In this document: positions 9,609 through 18,048 of the stretch, in pieces | Numbering within the stretch: the stretch's first letter is position 1 | Layout of the letters: every line of letters starts with the position of its first letter | From: Desulfobacca sp. 4484_104 | Lineage (GTDB): Bacteria; Desulfobacterota; Desulfobaccia; Desulfobaccales; Desulfobaccaceae | Assembly (NCBI GenBank): GCA_002049795.1 | Contig: MUKC01000009.1 | Location: 6,721 to 70,720, forward strand | Length of the DNA: 64,000 nucleotides | Direction of reading: 5' to 3' | The notes under the pieces: model-generated | Database searches by the model: none | What the model saw: the letters and a program-made list of their open reading frames with translations, nothing else | Told to the model about the DNA's origin: nothing | Program-made: the position numbers and the translations under genes

Positions 9609-10198
9609 TTGCCCTGCTGGAAGGAGAATTAGCCTCAAAAGGTTCAGCTCAGGTGATCATCAAGGTCGCGGGAGTGGGCTATCAGGTCTTTATCCCGCTT
9701 TCCACCTTTTATGGCCTGCCCGAGCCGCCGGCTTTAGTTACCCTGCAGATTCATACCTATATGCATGCCGAGGCCCTACAATTATTTGGCTTTCAGACCC
9801 TGGAAGAGAAACAGATTTTCCTCAACTTATTGACCATCCCTCGGGTCGGCCCTCGTACGGCCCTAAATATTTTATCGGGCTTCAACCCCCAGGAACTATC
9901 GGAAGTGCTGGCCCGCGGCGATGTCAAGCGGATGGCCAGTATTCCCGGCGTGGGCCGCCGCTCGGCCGAGCGCATCCTGTTGGAACTAAAAGATAAGCTT
10001 CATCCGGCGCGGCCGCCCTTGCCGCGGGCCGTGCTGCCGCCCCAGGAACGTCTGTTTCAGGATGCTTTATCCGCCCTAGTCAATCTGGGTTATTCCAAAA
10101 ACATTGCCGAAAAGGCCTTAAACGAGGTCCAGGCCCAAGGGGCTGCCCTGACCCTGGAAGAGCTGTTGCGCCAGGGCCTGAAGCGCCTGGCCCCTTGA
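9605..10198 (+). CDS. ruvA: Holliday junction branch migration complex subunit RuvA
   Basis: MIALLEGEL...VGYQVFIP OB-fold start and HhH motifs (IPGVGRRSAERI). There is a 4-nt overlap with ruvC. Confidence 0.9.
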   Translation: MIALLEGELASKGSAQVIIKVAGVGYQVFIPLSTFYGLPEPPALVTLQIHTYMHAEALQLFGFQTLEEKQIFLNLLTIPRVGPRTALNILSGFNPQELSEVLARGDVKRMASIPGVGRRSAERILLELKDKLHPARPPLPRAVLPPQERLFQDALSALVNLGYSKNIAEKALNEVQAQGAALTLEELLRQGLKRLAP

Positions 10199-10289
10199 TA
10201 CCTTGTGATATTTGCGCTCAACTGGAAATCTCAAGTTCCTTTTTGGGGTTGACCGCGACGCAGGCTGACCATGCTTGCCGACCAGGTAG

Positions 10290-11447
10290 TTAGCGTTTCG
10301 GAAAGGATTCCAGGATTTTCTTTACATCCACCGGGATATAGGTGCGGCTGTGACTGGGGCACACCGAAAGCCGCAGAGTATTTAAGTCACAAACCGCGGA
10401 ATAGACCGTATCTTCCCAGACCTGGGCATCGAGCAGGATATCTTCCAGGTCGGCGATTGAGAGTTTGGGTTTGTTTCCAGCCAGGTGGAGGATTCGGTAG
10501 TAACGCCGCCGGGAGCTATCATCGGGCGGTTGGGCAATGGGCCGCAGCGCCGGGGTGATGAGATGATTAGTGCTAATCAATAAATTATATTGGGGTCGGC
10601 GACTGGACCAATGCTGCAGTCCCAGTTCCAGTAAGAGCAGCCGGTGCTCCGGGGCGCTGGCTAACAAAACGTTCCAGGCGTGGAAACGGGGCCATTGGGT
10701 AATCAGACGCTGTAGACGGGTAAGTTTCTCGGCTTCGGCCAGGGCCTGACGCAAGCGAGGTAAAATAAACTGGCCGTTGGTCGGCAAAGGTTCCTCGCTG
10801 AAGCTGCTATTCAGGGCTATTCCCAGCCTGGCCTGATTAAGGCCCATGGTAGGGAGAGGGATGCCGGGCAGGGTCAGGGCGACATAGGGAATACTGCCCG
10901 GCGGGCCATAGGCCAAAAGGATTACCGGCGTGCCCTGCAGATGGGGCCAATCAAGATTGTGGGCGATCAGTTCGTGGCCATTTGAGGACCGGACGGCTTC
11001 CACTGCCAGGGACGTACAGGCCGGATAAAGGATGGCTTCGGCAAAGAAATTGAGGAGATAAATATCTTCCAGTCCGACCCCGGCTCCCTGGGCTATCCCT
11101 TGAAGTTCGGCTACCAGGCTGGAGGGCAGGCGGGCCAGGCCGCCCTGCAGGTAGCGCTGCATCTCGGCCCGGAGGGCTTGCGGGTTCGGGCCTAAGAACT
11201 TTTTTTCCAATACTTGGTGGACCAAGCGCTGAATCTCGACGCCAAACAGCTTCCCATGGATGCGTCCGGATTCGGTTGGACCTCCCCACAGCATCAACAC
11301 CGGCAACTCATAGATCTGAAAAAACCGGTAGTTTGGCTCGTTACCCTGAACTGGCCGGGCCTGAGTACAGGTGATCAGGGTCGCCATTATCAGACTTAGA
11401 ACCAGGTAACGTGACTTCCTGAGCAATATAGCGATTTTCCGGATCAT
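10290..11447 (-). CDS. Peptidase C45 / acyl-CoA:6-APA acyltransferase-like Ntn-hydrolase family protein, probable lipoprotein
   Basis: 385 aa. It has a lipobox-like LITC after a hydrophobic N terminus, and PACTSLAV...HNLDW resembles the C45 nucleophile Cys and NxDW motif. Confidence 0.5.
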   Translation of the reverse strand: MIRKIAILLRKSRYLVLSLIMATLITCTQARPVQGNEPNYRFFQIYELPVLMLWGGPTESGRIHGKLFGVEIQRLVHQVLEKKFLGPNPQALRAEMQRYLQGGLARLPSSLVAELQGIAQGAGVGLEDIYLLNFFAEAILYPACTSLAVEAVRSSNGHELIAHNLDWPHLQGTPVILLAYGPPGSIPYVALTLPGIPLPTMGLNQARLGIALNSSFSEEPLPTNGQFILPRLRQALAEAEKLTRLQRLITQWPRFHAWNVLLASAPEHRLLLLELGLQHWSSRRPQYNLLISTNHLITPALRPIAQPPDDSSRRRYYRILHLAGNKPKLSIADLEDILLDAQVWEDTVYSAVCDLNTLRLSVCPSHSRTYIPVDVKKILESFPKR

Positions 11448-11457
11448 GATTAGTTTC

Positions 11458-12606
11458 TCAGGTGACTTTGGTGTTTCCGGAAGCAGGCGTCTCTACGGGC
11501 AGAAAAAGTCCAAAGGTGGCGCCCAGTCCTGGCAAATTTTCCAGAAATATGTTACCCCGGTGTTCCCACAGGATACGCTCGGCAATGGTTAAATCCATGC
11601 CAATCTTAGCGGGATTAGTGCTGAAAAAGGGATTAAAGATAAACGGCTGATCTTCAGAGCGGATGCCGCCGCCGGTATCTATGACTTCAATCATCAGCCA
11701 GTGGTTGCCTAAGCCGGTGCGCAAGGTCAAAGTGCCACCGTGGGGCATGGCTTCCAAGGCGTTGCGCATCAGGCTGGCCAAGGCCCGACTGATCAGGCGT
11801 CGATCTAGCCGGTGTTGATAATCCAATGGCAAGTTATTTTCAAAAATCAGCCTGACTCCCTGGCTTCGAGCTAACTCCGCAAAAGGCTCGACGGCCTCGG
11901 TCACCACTTCGACGACTTCCTCGGGCAGAAACACCGGTTCGGGTAAGTCACAGAACTCTTGGACCTTTTCCACCAATTTTTCCAAACGCTTGGTGCTGTC
12001 GAGGATCTGCTGGAGATATGATTGCCATTGCTCATCGCTGGGCAGCTTGCGGGCCAGGCGGTGGGCAAAACCACCTATAGTCATTACCGGATTGCGCAAT
12101 TCATGAGCCACTCCCTGGGAAATGCGGGTTAAAGTCATGAGGCGCAAATTGTAAAGACGTCTCATTTCTTCCCCCAGTTTCCGTTCCTGCTCCCGTAGGG
12201 CGCAAAGCTCTGACTGATCGTGAATCAACACCGTTGCGGCCAGCACCTGGCCGGGGTGATCCGGGTCTTCAAGATAGGAGGTAATGAGGAGCAAATGTCT
12301 CTGATTCCCGTCGGGACAGAGGTAAGGAACTTCTTTATAGGCCCGCACCTCCCGGTTCTGGGCAATATCTAGAATAGCCTGATTGAAATCGTCATTTTGA
12401 GGGTATTGCAGCAAGATTTCACCCCAACTTTTATCCTGGACTTCGTGGCGGGCAAATCCCAGGATCCGTTCCGCGGCCGGGTTAAGGTAAATAATTACCC
12501 CTTCCGGACCAATCAGCAGTAATCCCTCTTGCAGACCCTCGAAAATATTACTGGCTACTAATTGCCGGGACCGTTCATCCATCGTGGTTTTTCTCCGTTC
12601 AGGCAA
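11458..12606 (-). CDS. Soluble PAS-domain sensor histidine kinase (no adjacent response regulator)
   Basis: It has a PAS region (GLLLIGPEGVIIYLNPAAERILG), an H-box GVAHELRNP, and HATPase N/G boxes (MRNALEAM, DTGGGI, GLGATF). Confidence 0.8.
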   Translation of the reverse strand: MPERRKTTMDERSRQLVASNIFEGLQEGLLLIGPEGVIIYLNPAAERILGFARHEVQDKSWGEILLQYPQNDDFNQAILDIAQNREVRAYKEVPYLCPDGNQRHLLLITSYLEDPDHPGQVLAATVLIHDQSELCALREQERKLGEEMRRLYNLRLMTLTRISQGVAHELRNPVMTIGGFAHRLARKLPSDEQWQSYLQQILDSTKRLEKLVEKVQEFCDLPEPVFLPEEVVEVVTEAVEPFAELARSQGVRLIFENNLPLDYQHRLDRRLISRALASLMRNALEAMPHGGTLTLRTGLGNHWLMIEVIDTGGGIRSEDQPFIFNPFFSTNPAKIGMDLTIAERILWEHRGNIFLENLPGLGATFGLFLPVETPASGNTKVT

Positions 12607-12660
12607 TTCTTATCACCTTCCCAGGTTAAACAAATTTGATAATGCCGATAGCCGTCAGGC

Positions 12661-13347
12661 TCATGAGCTTGGAGGCCTGACCGCCGAAAAGACTTTATTA
12701 GCAATATAAGGCGTAAAGATCCCGGCCTGAGCGATCAGGAAGGTGGAAAAGGGTCCCAGTTCGGGAACTTCCTGAGTCCGGGCAAACCAATAAGTGGCCG
12801 GGATCAGGATGGCGAAAATCCCGGTAATGATGGCAAACAGGCCAATAAAGGCAATCACCCGGCTGGAACTACTGGCAAATTTGTATCTGACTTCATAGAT
12901 CGGCTCTTGGGTTCCGGTTTTAAAGATCGGCTGGTTATTGGCGTCCCGAAGCAGGATTTTTTCTTCCAGATGCTCGGAGAGGGCTTCACCCAGTTTCCAT
13001 CCTGGATCTTTGCGTAAGGAACGGGCCAGCCAGATCAGGATGATCGCAAAAAACATTATCGGAAACCAGGCCATGACGATATAGAGCCAATTACCCGCAG
13101 GGGGTTCGGTTAAGGTCAAGCCTGCCTGGCCGATTTCCCGGCCCCTGCTCTTAATCGTTATTTCCCCGGATTTTGCCGGACTGGGTACGGTGACCACAAT
13201 GGTGCGTCCATCGGGACTGACGACCCGGGCCTTGGCGACTTCTTGCTTATCCTTACCCACCAGAAAGATAACTTCATTATTACTGGCCTGAAGATCAAAG
13301 GTTCGATCCTGGTTGCTGGTTACTACCAGCAGGCCGCCCGCCGGCAC
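12661..13347 (-). CDS. Hypothetical membrane protein with an N-terminal beta-rich (IPT/TIG-like) segment and about 3 TM helices
   Basis: 228-aa ORF from a GTG start. The start is uncertain because a strong SD plus ATG lies at 13393 in another frame (see findings). Confidence 0.45.
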   Translation of the reverse strand: MPAGGLLVVTSNQDRTFDLQASNNEVIFLVGKDKQEVAKARVVSPDGRTIVVTVPSPAKSGEITIKSRGREIGQAGLTLTEPPAGNWLYIVMAWFPIMFFAIILIWLARSLRKDPGWKLGEALSEHLEEKILLRDANNQPIFKTGTQEPIYEVRYKFASSSSRVIAFIGLFAIITGIFAILIPATYWFARTQEVPELGPFSTFLIAQAGIFTPYIANKVFSAVRPPSS

Positions 13348-13578
13348 CTGGGCCGGTAGCAGAGTTTAAAATAAGCAATCTTGTCAGGCTCATGCTTCCT
13401 CCTCGGGAAGAGTCCACAAGACTCTTAATTTATGTGGTTCCAAAGGTAGGTTTAAAAAACTCGAAAAAGGCTGGACAACTAGCCGTTAGTATATGCATGG
13501 GCCTCGTGGTTGTCCAGTAGATAATTAAACGGCCTAAGCCCTTTCCAAAAGGAAATATTGAGTGTATAATCGGGGGCT

Positions 13579-15756
13579 ATGAGCTCATCGTTAGAGGCAT
13601 TTTTCCATCCCCGGGCGGTGGCGGTTATCGGCGCCTCGCGTGATTCCGAGAAGATCGGCTATGCCTTGGTTGATAATCTCCAACATTGTGGTTTCAAGGG
13701 GCAGATTTATCCGATCAATCCTAAATCGCCGGAGATTCTGGGCCTCAAATCCTATGCCTCGATAAATGATGTGCCGGATGAGGTAGATTTGGCGGTGATC
13801 GCCATCCCGGCTTCCCAGGTCGTCGCGGTGTTGGCAGAATGCGGCCAAAAAGGGGTGCCGGGGGTTATCGTTATCACCGCCGGTTTTGGCGAAATCGGTG
13901 GCGAAGGACGGAAAAATGAGCGCTTGCTGGTGGAAACTGCTCGCCAATATACTCTGCGCCTGCTCGGTCCCAACTGCATGGGCATCATCGACACCATCAT
14001 TCCCCTGAATGCCTCGTTTGCCGGGGGCATGCCGCTTCCCGGCCACATCGCCTTTATGAGTCAGAGCGGTGCGTTGGCCCAAGCCGTATTGGATTGGGCC
14101 TGTGCCGAAGGCATTGGCTTCTCCCGCTTTGTCAGCCTGGGCAATAAGGCCGATCTGACCGAAATCGATTTTATCCGGGCCTGGGGCGAGGATCCGCACT
14201 CCAAGGTCATTCTGGCCTATCTGGAAGATATCCGTGATGGCGCCGAATTTATGGCTCTTTGCCGCCAGGTGACGCGGCAGCAGGGCACCCCGATCATTGC
14301 GATTAAGAGTGGCACCACCGCCGCCGGCACCCGGGCGGTGTCGTCGCATACCGGCTCCTTGGCGGGATCAGAGCAGGCTTACGACACCGCCTTTAAACAG
14401 GCTGGGGTAATTCATGCCGCGTCCGTAGAGCGACTCTTTGATTATTCCCTGGCCTTTGCTTATCAGCCGCTTGTCGCTGGCAACCGCCTGGCCATTCTCA
14501 CCAATGCCGGCGGTCCTGGCATCCTGGCTACGGATGCCGCGGAACGGGCCGGCTTGCAGGTCGCCAATCTGGCCGCGGCGACCATCAATCGGCTCCGCGC
14601 ACTTATTCCGGATATCGCCAGTGCCCTGAACCCTATCGACGTGCGCGGCGATGCCTTTGAAGATAGTTACGATATGGCCTTGCGCCTGGCCCTGGCCGAT
14701 GCCAACGTGGACAGTGTAGTGGTTATCCTGACCCCACAAAAACTTACCCGGGTGGAAGAAACCGCTCAGGTCGTGGCCCGGGTGGTGGCGGAGATGAACC
14801 GCGCTGAAAAGGAGTCGCCCACTTCTAACCAATCGCCCGCGGCGGTTTCGATTGATTTACCCCTGACTCCGAAACCGGTGCTGGCCTGTTTCATGGGGGA
14901 GGCGCATGTCAAAGCGGGCATCAGCATATTGCAAGAACACGGCATTCCTAATTATGCCTTTCCCGAGCGCGCCATCGAAGCCTTGCAGGCTATGTGGCAG
15001 TATCGACAATGGCTGGAGCGGCCCTTGGTCCAGCCGCCGCGGTTTGCCTTTGATGACGACCGCCTGCGGCAGATTTTTGCCCAAGTGCGCAATGATGGTC
15101 GGGTGGCGCTGGCCGAAACTGAAAGCCATGATATCGCTGCGGCCATCGGACTCAAGGTTCCGAAGGCCGAACTGGCCCGTAATCGGGAAGAGGCGGTAGC
15201 CCTGGCCCGATTAATCGGCTACCCGGTGGTGTTCAAAGTTGCCTCGCCGGAAATTTTACATAAATCCGACCTGGGCGGCGTCCGGGTCGGCATCAACAAT
15301 GACCTCGAGGCCCGAGGTGCCTTTGATTTGATTACGGCGCGGGCCCATCGTTTTGCGCCCGGCGCTCAGGTGTGGGGAGCGACGATTCAGGAAATGGTGA
15401 CCCCTGGCCGCGAAGTGATTATCGGCATGAGTCGCGACCCGCAATTCGGGCCGCTATTGATGTTTGGCCTGGGCGGCATCTATGTCGAAGTGCTAAAAGA
15501 CGTGGTATTTCGCATTGCGCCGATCAGCGAAGCCGAAGCCCAGGCGATGATCAACGAAATTCACAGCGCCCCCCTGTTGCGCGGCGTGCGGGGAGAACAG
15601 CCCCCAGATAGAGACGCAATCTGCCAGGCCTTGCTGCGGGTATCGCAACTGGTCCACGAATTCCCGGAGATTGTCGAACTCGATATCAATCCCCTGGTGG
15701 TCCATGAACAGGGCGCGGTGGCGGTGGATGTGCGAATGGTGATCACCCCGGAGTAG
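13579..15756 (+). CDS. ADP-forming acetyl-CoA synthetase family protein (fused alpha-beta, NDP-forming acyl-CoA ligase), paralog 1
   Basis: 725 aa. It has a CoA-binding start (AVIGASRDSEKIGY), LLGPNCMG, the phospho-His loop SSHTGSLAG and a C-terminal ATP-grasp (VVFKVASPEILHKSDLGGV). Confidence 0.85.
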   Translation: MSSSLEAFFHPRAVAVIGASRDSEKIGYALVDNLQHCGFKGQIYPINPKSPEILGLKSYASINDVPDEVDLAVIAIPASQVVAVLAECGQKGVPGVIVITAGFGEIGGEGRKNERLLVETARQYTLRLLGPNCMGIIDTIIPLNASFAGGMPLPGHIAFMSQSGALAQAVLDWACAEGIGFSRFVSLGNKADLTEIDFIRAWGEDPHSKVILAYLEDIRDGAEFMALCRQVTRQQGTPIIAIKSGTTAAGTRAVSSHTGSLAGSEQAYDTAFKQAGVIHAASVERLFDYSLAFAYQPLVAGNRLAILTNAGGPGILATDAAERAGLQVANLAAATINRLRALIPDIASALNPIDVRGDAFEDSYDMALRLALADANVDSVVVILTPQKLTRVEETAQVVARVVAEMNRAEKESPTSNQSPAAVSIDLPLTPKPVLACFMGEAHVKAGISILQEHGIPNYAFPERAIEALQAMWQYRQWLERPLVQPPRFAFDDDRLRQIFAQVRNDGRVALAETESHDIAAAIGLKVPKAELARNREEAVALARLIGYPVVFKVASPEILHKSDLGGVRVGINNDLEARGAFDLITARAHRFAPGAQVWGATIQEMVTPGREVIIGMSRDPQFGPLLMFGLGGIYVEVLKDVVFRIAPISEAEAQAMINEIHSAPLLRGVRGEQPPDRDAICQALLRVSQLVHEFPEIVELDINPLVVHEQGAVAVDVRMVITPE

Positions 15757-15816
15757 CAAACGTCAACCTTAACCGCAGGCCAGCAACTGAGTCCTGGCCA
15801 TCAATCGGAGATAACC

Positions 15817-16887
15817 ATGCATGCCCTTTACCTGACCTCCACTGCGGTGGCTATTGGCAAAACCGCCCTAAGCTACGGGCTGGCGACCCGTCTTAAACAG
15901 GATGGATTGCGGGTGGGGTATTTTCAACCCCTGGTGGTGGCGGATCGGGGGGTCAGCGGCGAGGCCCTTCGTAAGGACGCCAGTTTTATGCGTACCGCCC
16001 TTGATCTTGCCGAACCTTTGGAGCTATTAGCGCCGGTGGTCCTCGATGCCGCGGCCCTGGAAGAGGCCCTGGCCGGTAAACCCAATAACTACGCGGAGCA
16101 AATTGAACGGGCCTTCGTCCAGGTGGGGCAGGATAAAGATCTATTGCTGATTGAAGGTGCCGGGACCCTGACCGAGGGCTTGCTTCTTGATCTACCGCCC
16201 CAGGCCCTGGCTGCCCGACTCAATGCCCAGGTCCTGGTGCTGATAAAATATACTGATGAACTAGCGCTCAATGACTTGCTGGCTGCCAAGGTCCAGTTCG
16301 GTGCCAGTTTTTTAGGGTCGGTGATCAACGAGGTGCCGCCGGCCCAGCGGGAATTTGTGGAGCATTCCGTAATACCCTTTTTGGATAGCCGTCGGCTAAA
16401 GGTCTATGCCGCCTTGCCGCAGGAACGCTTGCTGATAGCCCTGACCGTCAATGAAATTGCCGAGTTTTTGGGGGCTGAGGTGTTGAATTCTGCCGACCAC
16501 GGTGAGGATTTGGTGGAAAATTTCCTGGTCGGGGCCATGAGTGTAGACGCGGCCCTGTCGTATTTCCGCCGCCAGCCCCGCAAGGCGGTGATTACCGGCG
16601 GCGACCGCGCCGATATTCAGTTGGCCGCGCTCGAGACTTCGACCCGTTGTATCATCCTCACCGGTCACATCCAACCCAGTCCGGTAATTTTAAGCCGGGC
16701 CGAAGAACTGGGTGTGCCTTTGCTTCTCGCCCGGCCCGACACCCTGAGCGTGGTCGAAATCTTGGAACAATATTTCGGGCGGATGCCGTTCCAGCAACCG
16801 CACAAAATGGCCTGCATTCAACAATTATTAAGCCAATATTTTGATTTTGAACGGTTTTACGCCGATCTTCACATCCAGATAAAATAG
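15817..16887 (+). CDS. Stand-alone Pta N-terminal-like protein (P-loop-like/BioD-like plus DRTGG domain), no phosphotransacetylase catalytic domain
   Basis: 356 aa, collinear with the regulatory N-terminal third of long Pta proteins. The DRTGG-like core is AVITGGDRADIQLAALE..CIILTG. Confidence 0.7.
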   Translation: MHALYLTSTAVAIGKTALSYGLATRLKQDGLRVGYFQPLVVADRGVSGEALRKDASFMRTALDLAEPLELLAPVVLDAAALEEALAGKPNNYAEQIERAFVQVGQDKDLLLIEGAGTLTEGLLLDLPPQALAARLNAQVLVLIKYTDELALNDLLAAKVQFGASFLGSVINEVPPAQREFVEHSVIPFLDSRRLKVYAALPQERLLIALTVNEIAEFLGAEVLNSADHGEDLVENFLVGAMSVDAALSYFRRQPRKAVITGGDRADIQLAALETSTRCIILTGHIQPSPVILSRAEELGVPLLLARPDTLSVVEILEQYFGRMPFQQPHKMACIQQLLSQYFDFERFYADLHIQIK

Positions 16888-16895
16888 ACCCTGCT

Positions 16896-17645
16896 TTACT
16901 TCTCTTTCTTCAATTGGTCCGCTACGGATTTGATGGCCGCTTGAACCTTCTCCGGGTCTCCCAGATAGTAATGCCGGCTGGGAGTCAGATCGTCATTCAG
17001 CTCATATACCAAAGGAATACCGGTAGGGATATTGAGGCCGACGATTTCCTCATCGGGCACCTGGTCCAGGTATTTGACCAGGGCCCGGAGGCTGTTGCCA
17101 TGCGCGGCGATGATTACCCGTTGGCCGCTTTTTACCGCCGGGGCGATGGTTTCGTGCCAGTAAGGCAAAAAGCGGGCCACCACGTCTTTCAGACACTCGG
17201 TCAGAGGTAGTTCAGCGGCGGGCACCTGAGCATAACGCGGGTCTTTGCCGGGATAATAAGGATCATCGACGCTGAGCGGCGGCGGCGGGACATCATAACT
17301 GCGCCGCCAGATCTGGACCTGCTCCATGCCGTGTTTTGCCACCGTCTCGGTCTTGTTAAGACCCTGTAAGCCGCCATAATGACGCTCATTCAAGCGCCAG
17401 CTATGGCGGATCGGAATCCACATCAGGTCCATCTCCTCCAGGGCCAGCCACAGGGTCTTGATGGCCCGTTTGAGGACCGAAGTAAAAGCGATATCAAAGA
17501 CCAAGCCTTCCCGCGCCAGAACCTGGCCGGACTCGATGGCCTCGGCGGTCCCCTTTTCGGAGAGGCCGACGTCAATCCAGCCGGTGAAGCGGTTCTCTTT
17601 GTTCCAGACGCTTTCGCCATGGCGAAGCAAAACCAGCTTTTTCAT
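16896..17645 (-). CDS. gpmA: 2,3-bisphosphoglycerate-dependent phosphoglycerate mutase
   Basis: [18 protein letters not shown] catalytic-His motif. 249 aa. Confidence 0.95.
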   Translation of the reverse strand: MKKLVLLRHGESVWNKENRFTGWIDVGLSEKGTAEAIESGQVLAREGLVFDIAFTSVLKRAIKTLWLALEEMDLMWIPIRHSWRLNERHYGGLQGLNKTETVAKHGMEQVQIWRRSYDVPPPPLSVDDPYYPGKDPRYAQVPAAELPLTECLKDVVARFLPYWHETIAPAVKSGQRVIIAAHGNSLRALVKYLDQVPDEEIVGLNIPTGIPLVYELNDDLTPSRHYYLGDPEKVQAAIKSVADQLKKEK

Positions 17646-17788
17646 TAAGAATAATACTCCTCTTTATCTGAAATGCCATAAGTTTAGCGGTATCTGAGCA
17701 TGGTCTTGGACCACCGCGAGCTGTCATCCTGGCATGCGTTGGCAAGGAACCGAAAGCGAAGGAAAACGTGGTAAGCTTATTAACTTTC

Positions 17789-17863
17789 TGGAGGCGGCAT
17801 CCGGATTCGAACCGGAGAATAACGGTTTTGCAGACCGCTGCCTTGCCACTTGGCTATGCCGCC
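17789..17863 (-). tRNA. tRNA-Cys (GCA)
   Basis: Minus strand: GGCGGCATAGCCAAGTGGCAAGGCAGCGGTCTGCAAAACCGT...GGTTCGAATCCGGATGCCGCCTCCA. It has a 7-bp acceptor stem, a CU-GCA-AA anticodon loop, a TPsiC GGTTCGAATCC and an encoded CCA. Confidence 0.9.
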
Positions 17864-17872
17864 CAAAAAAAA

Positions 17873-17947
<75 letters not shown>

Positions 17948-17956
17948 TCTATTTTC

Positions 17957-17986
17957 TATTTATCCTTGTCGGGCCAGGTTTGTCAA
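17957..17986 (-). promoter_or_regulatory. Candidate promoter for the tRNA-Gly/tRNA-Cys pair
   Basis: Minus strand: TTGACA (17986-17981), 18-nt spacer, TAAATA (17962-17957), about 10 nt upstream of the tRNA-Gly 5' end. Confidence 0.45.
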
Positions 17987-18048
17987 GAGTAAATCAACCC
18001 CCTGATGAAAAACTTGCTCGTCAAAACATGACGATATAGAAATATCCC

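Noticed and set aside
10199-10289. Missing ruvB after ruvC-ruvA
   Set aside because: ruvA is followed by a convergent gene, and ruvB is presumably elsewhere in the genome. Split ruv loci are common, so this is not treated as a finding.
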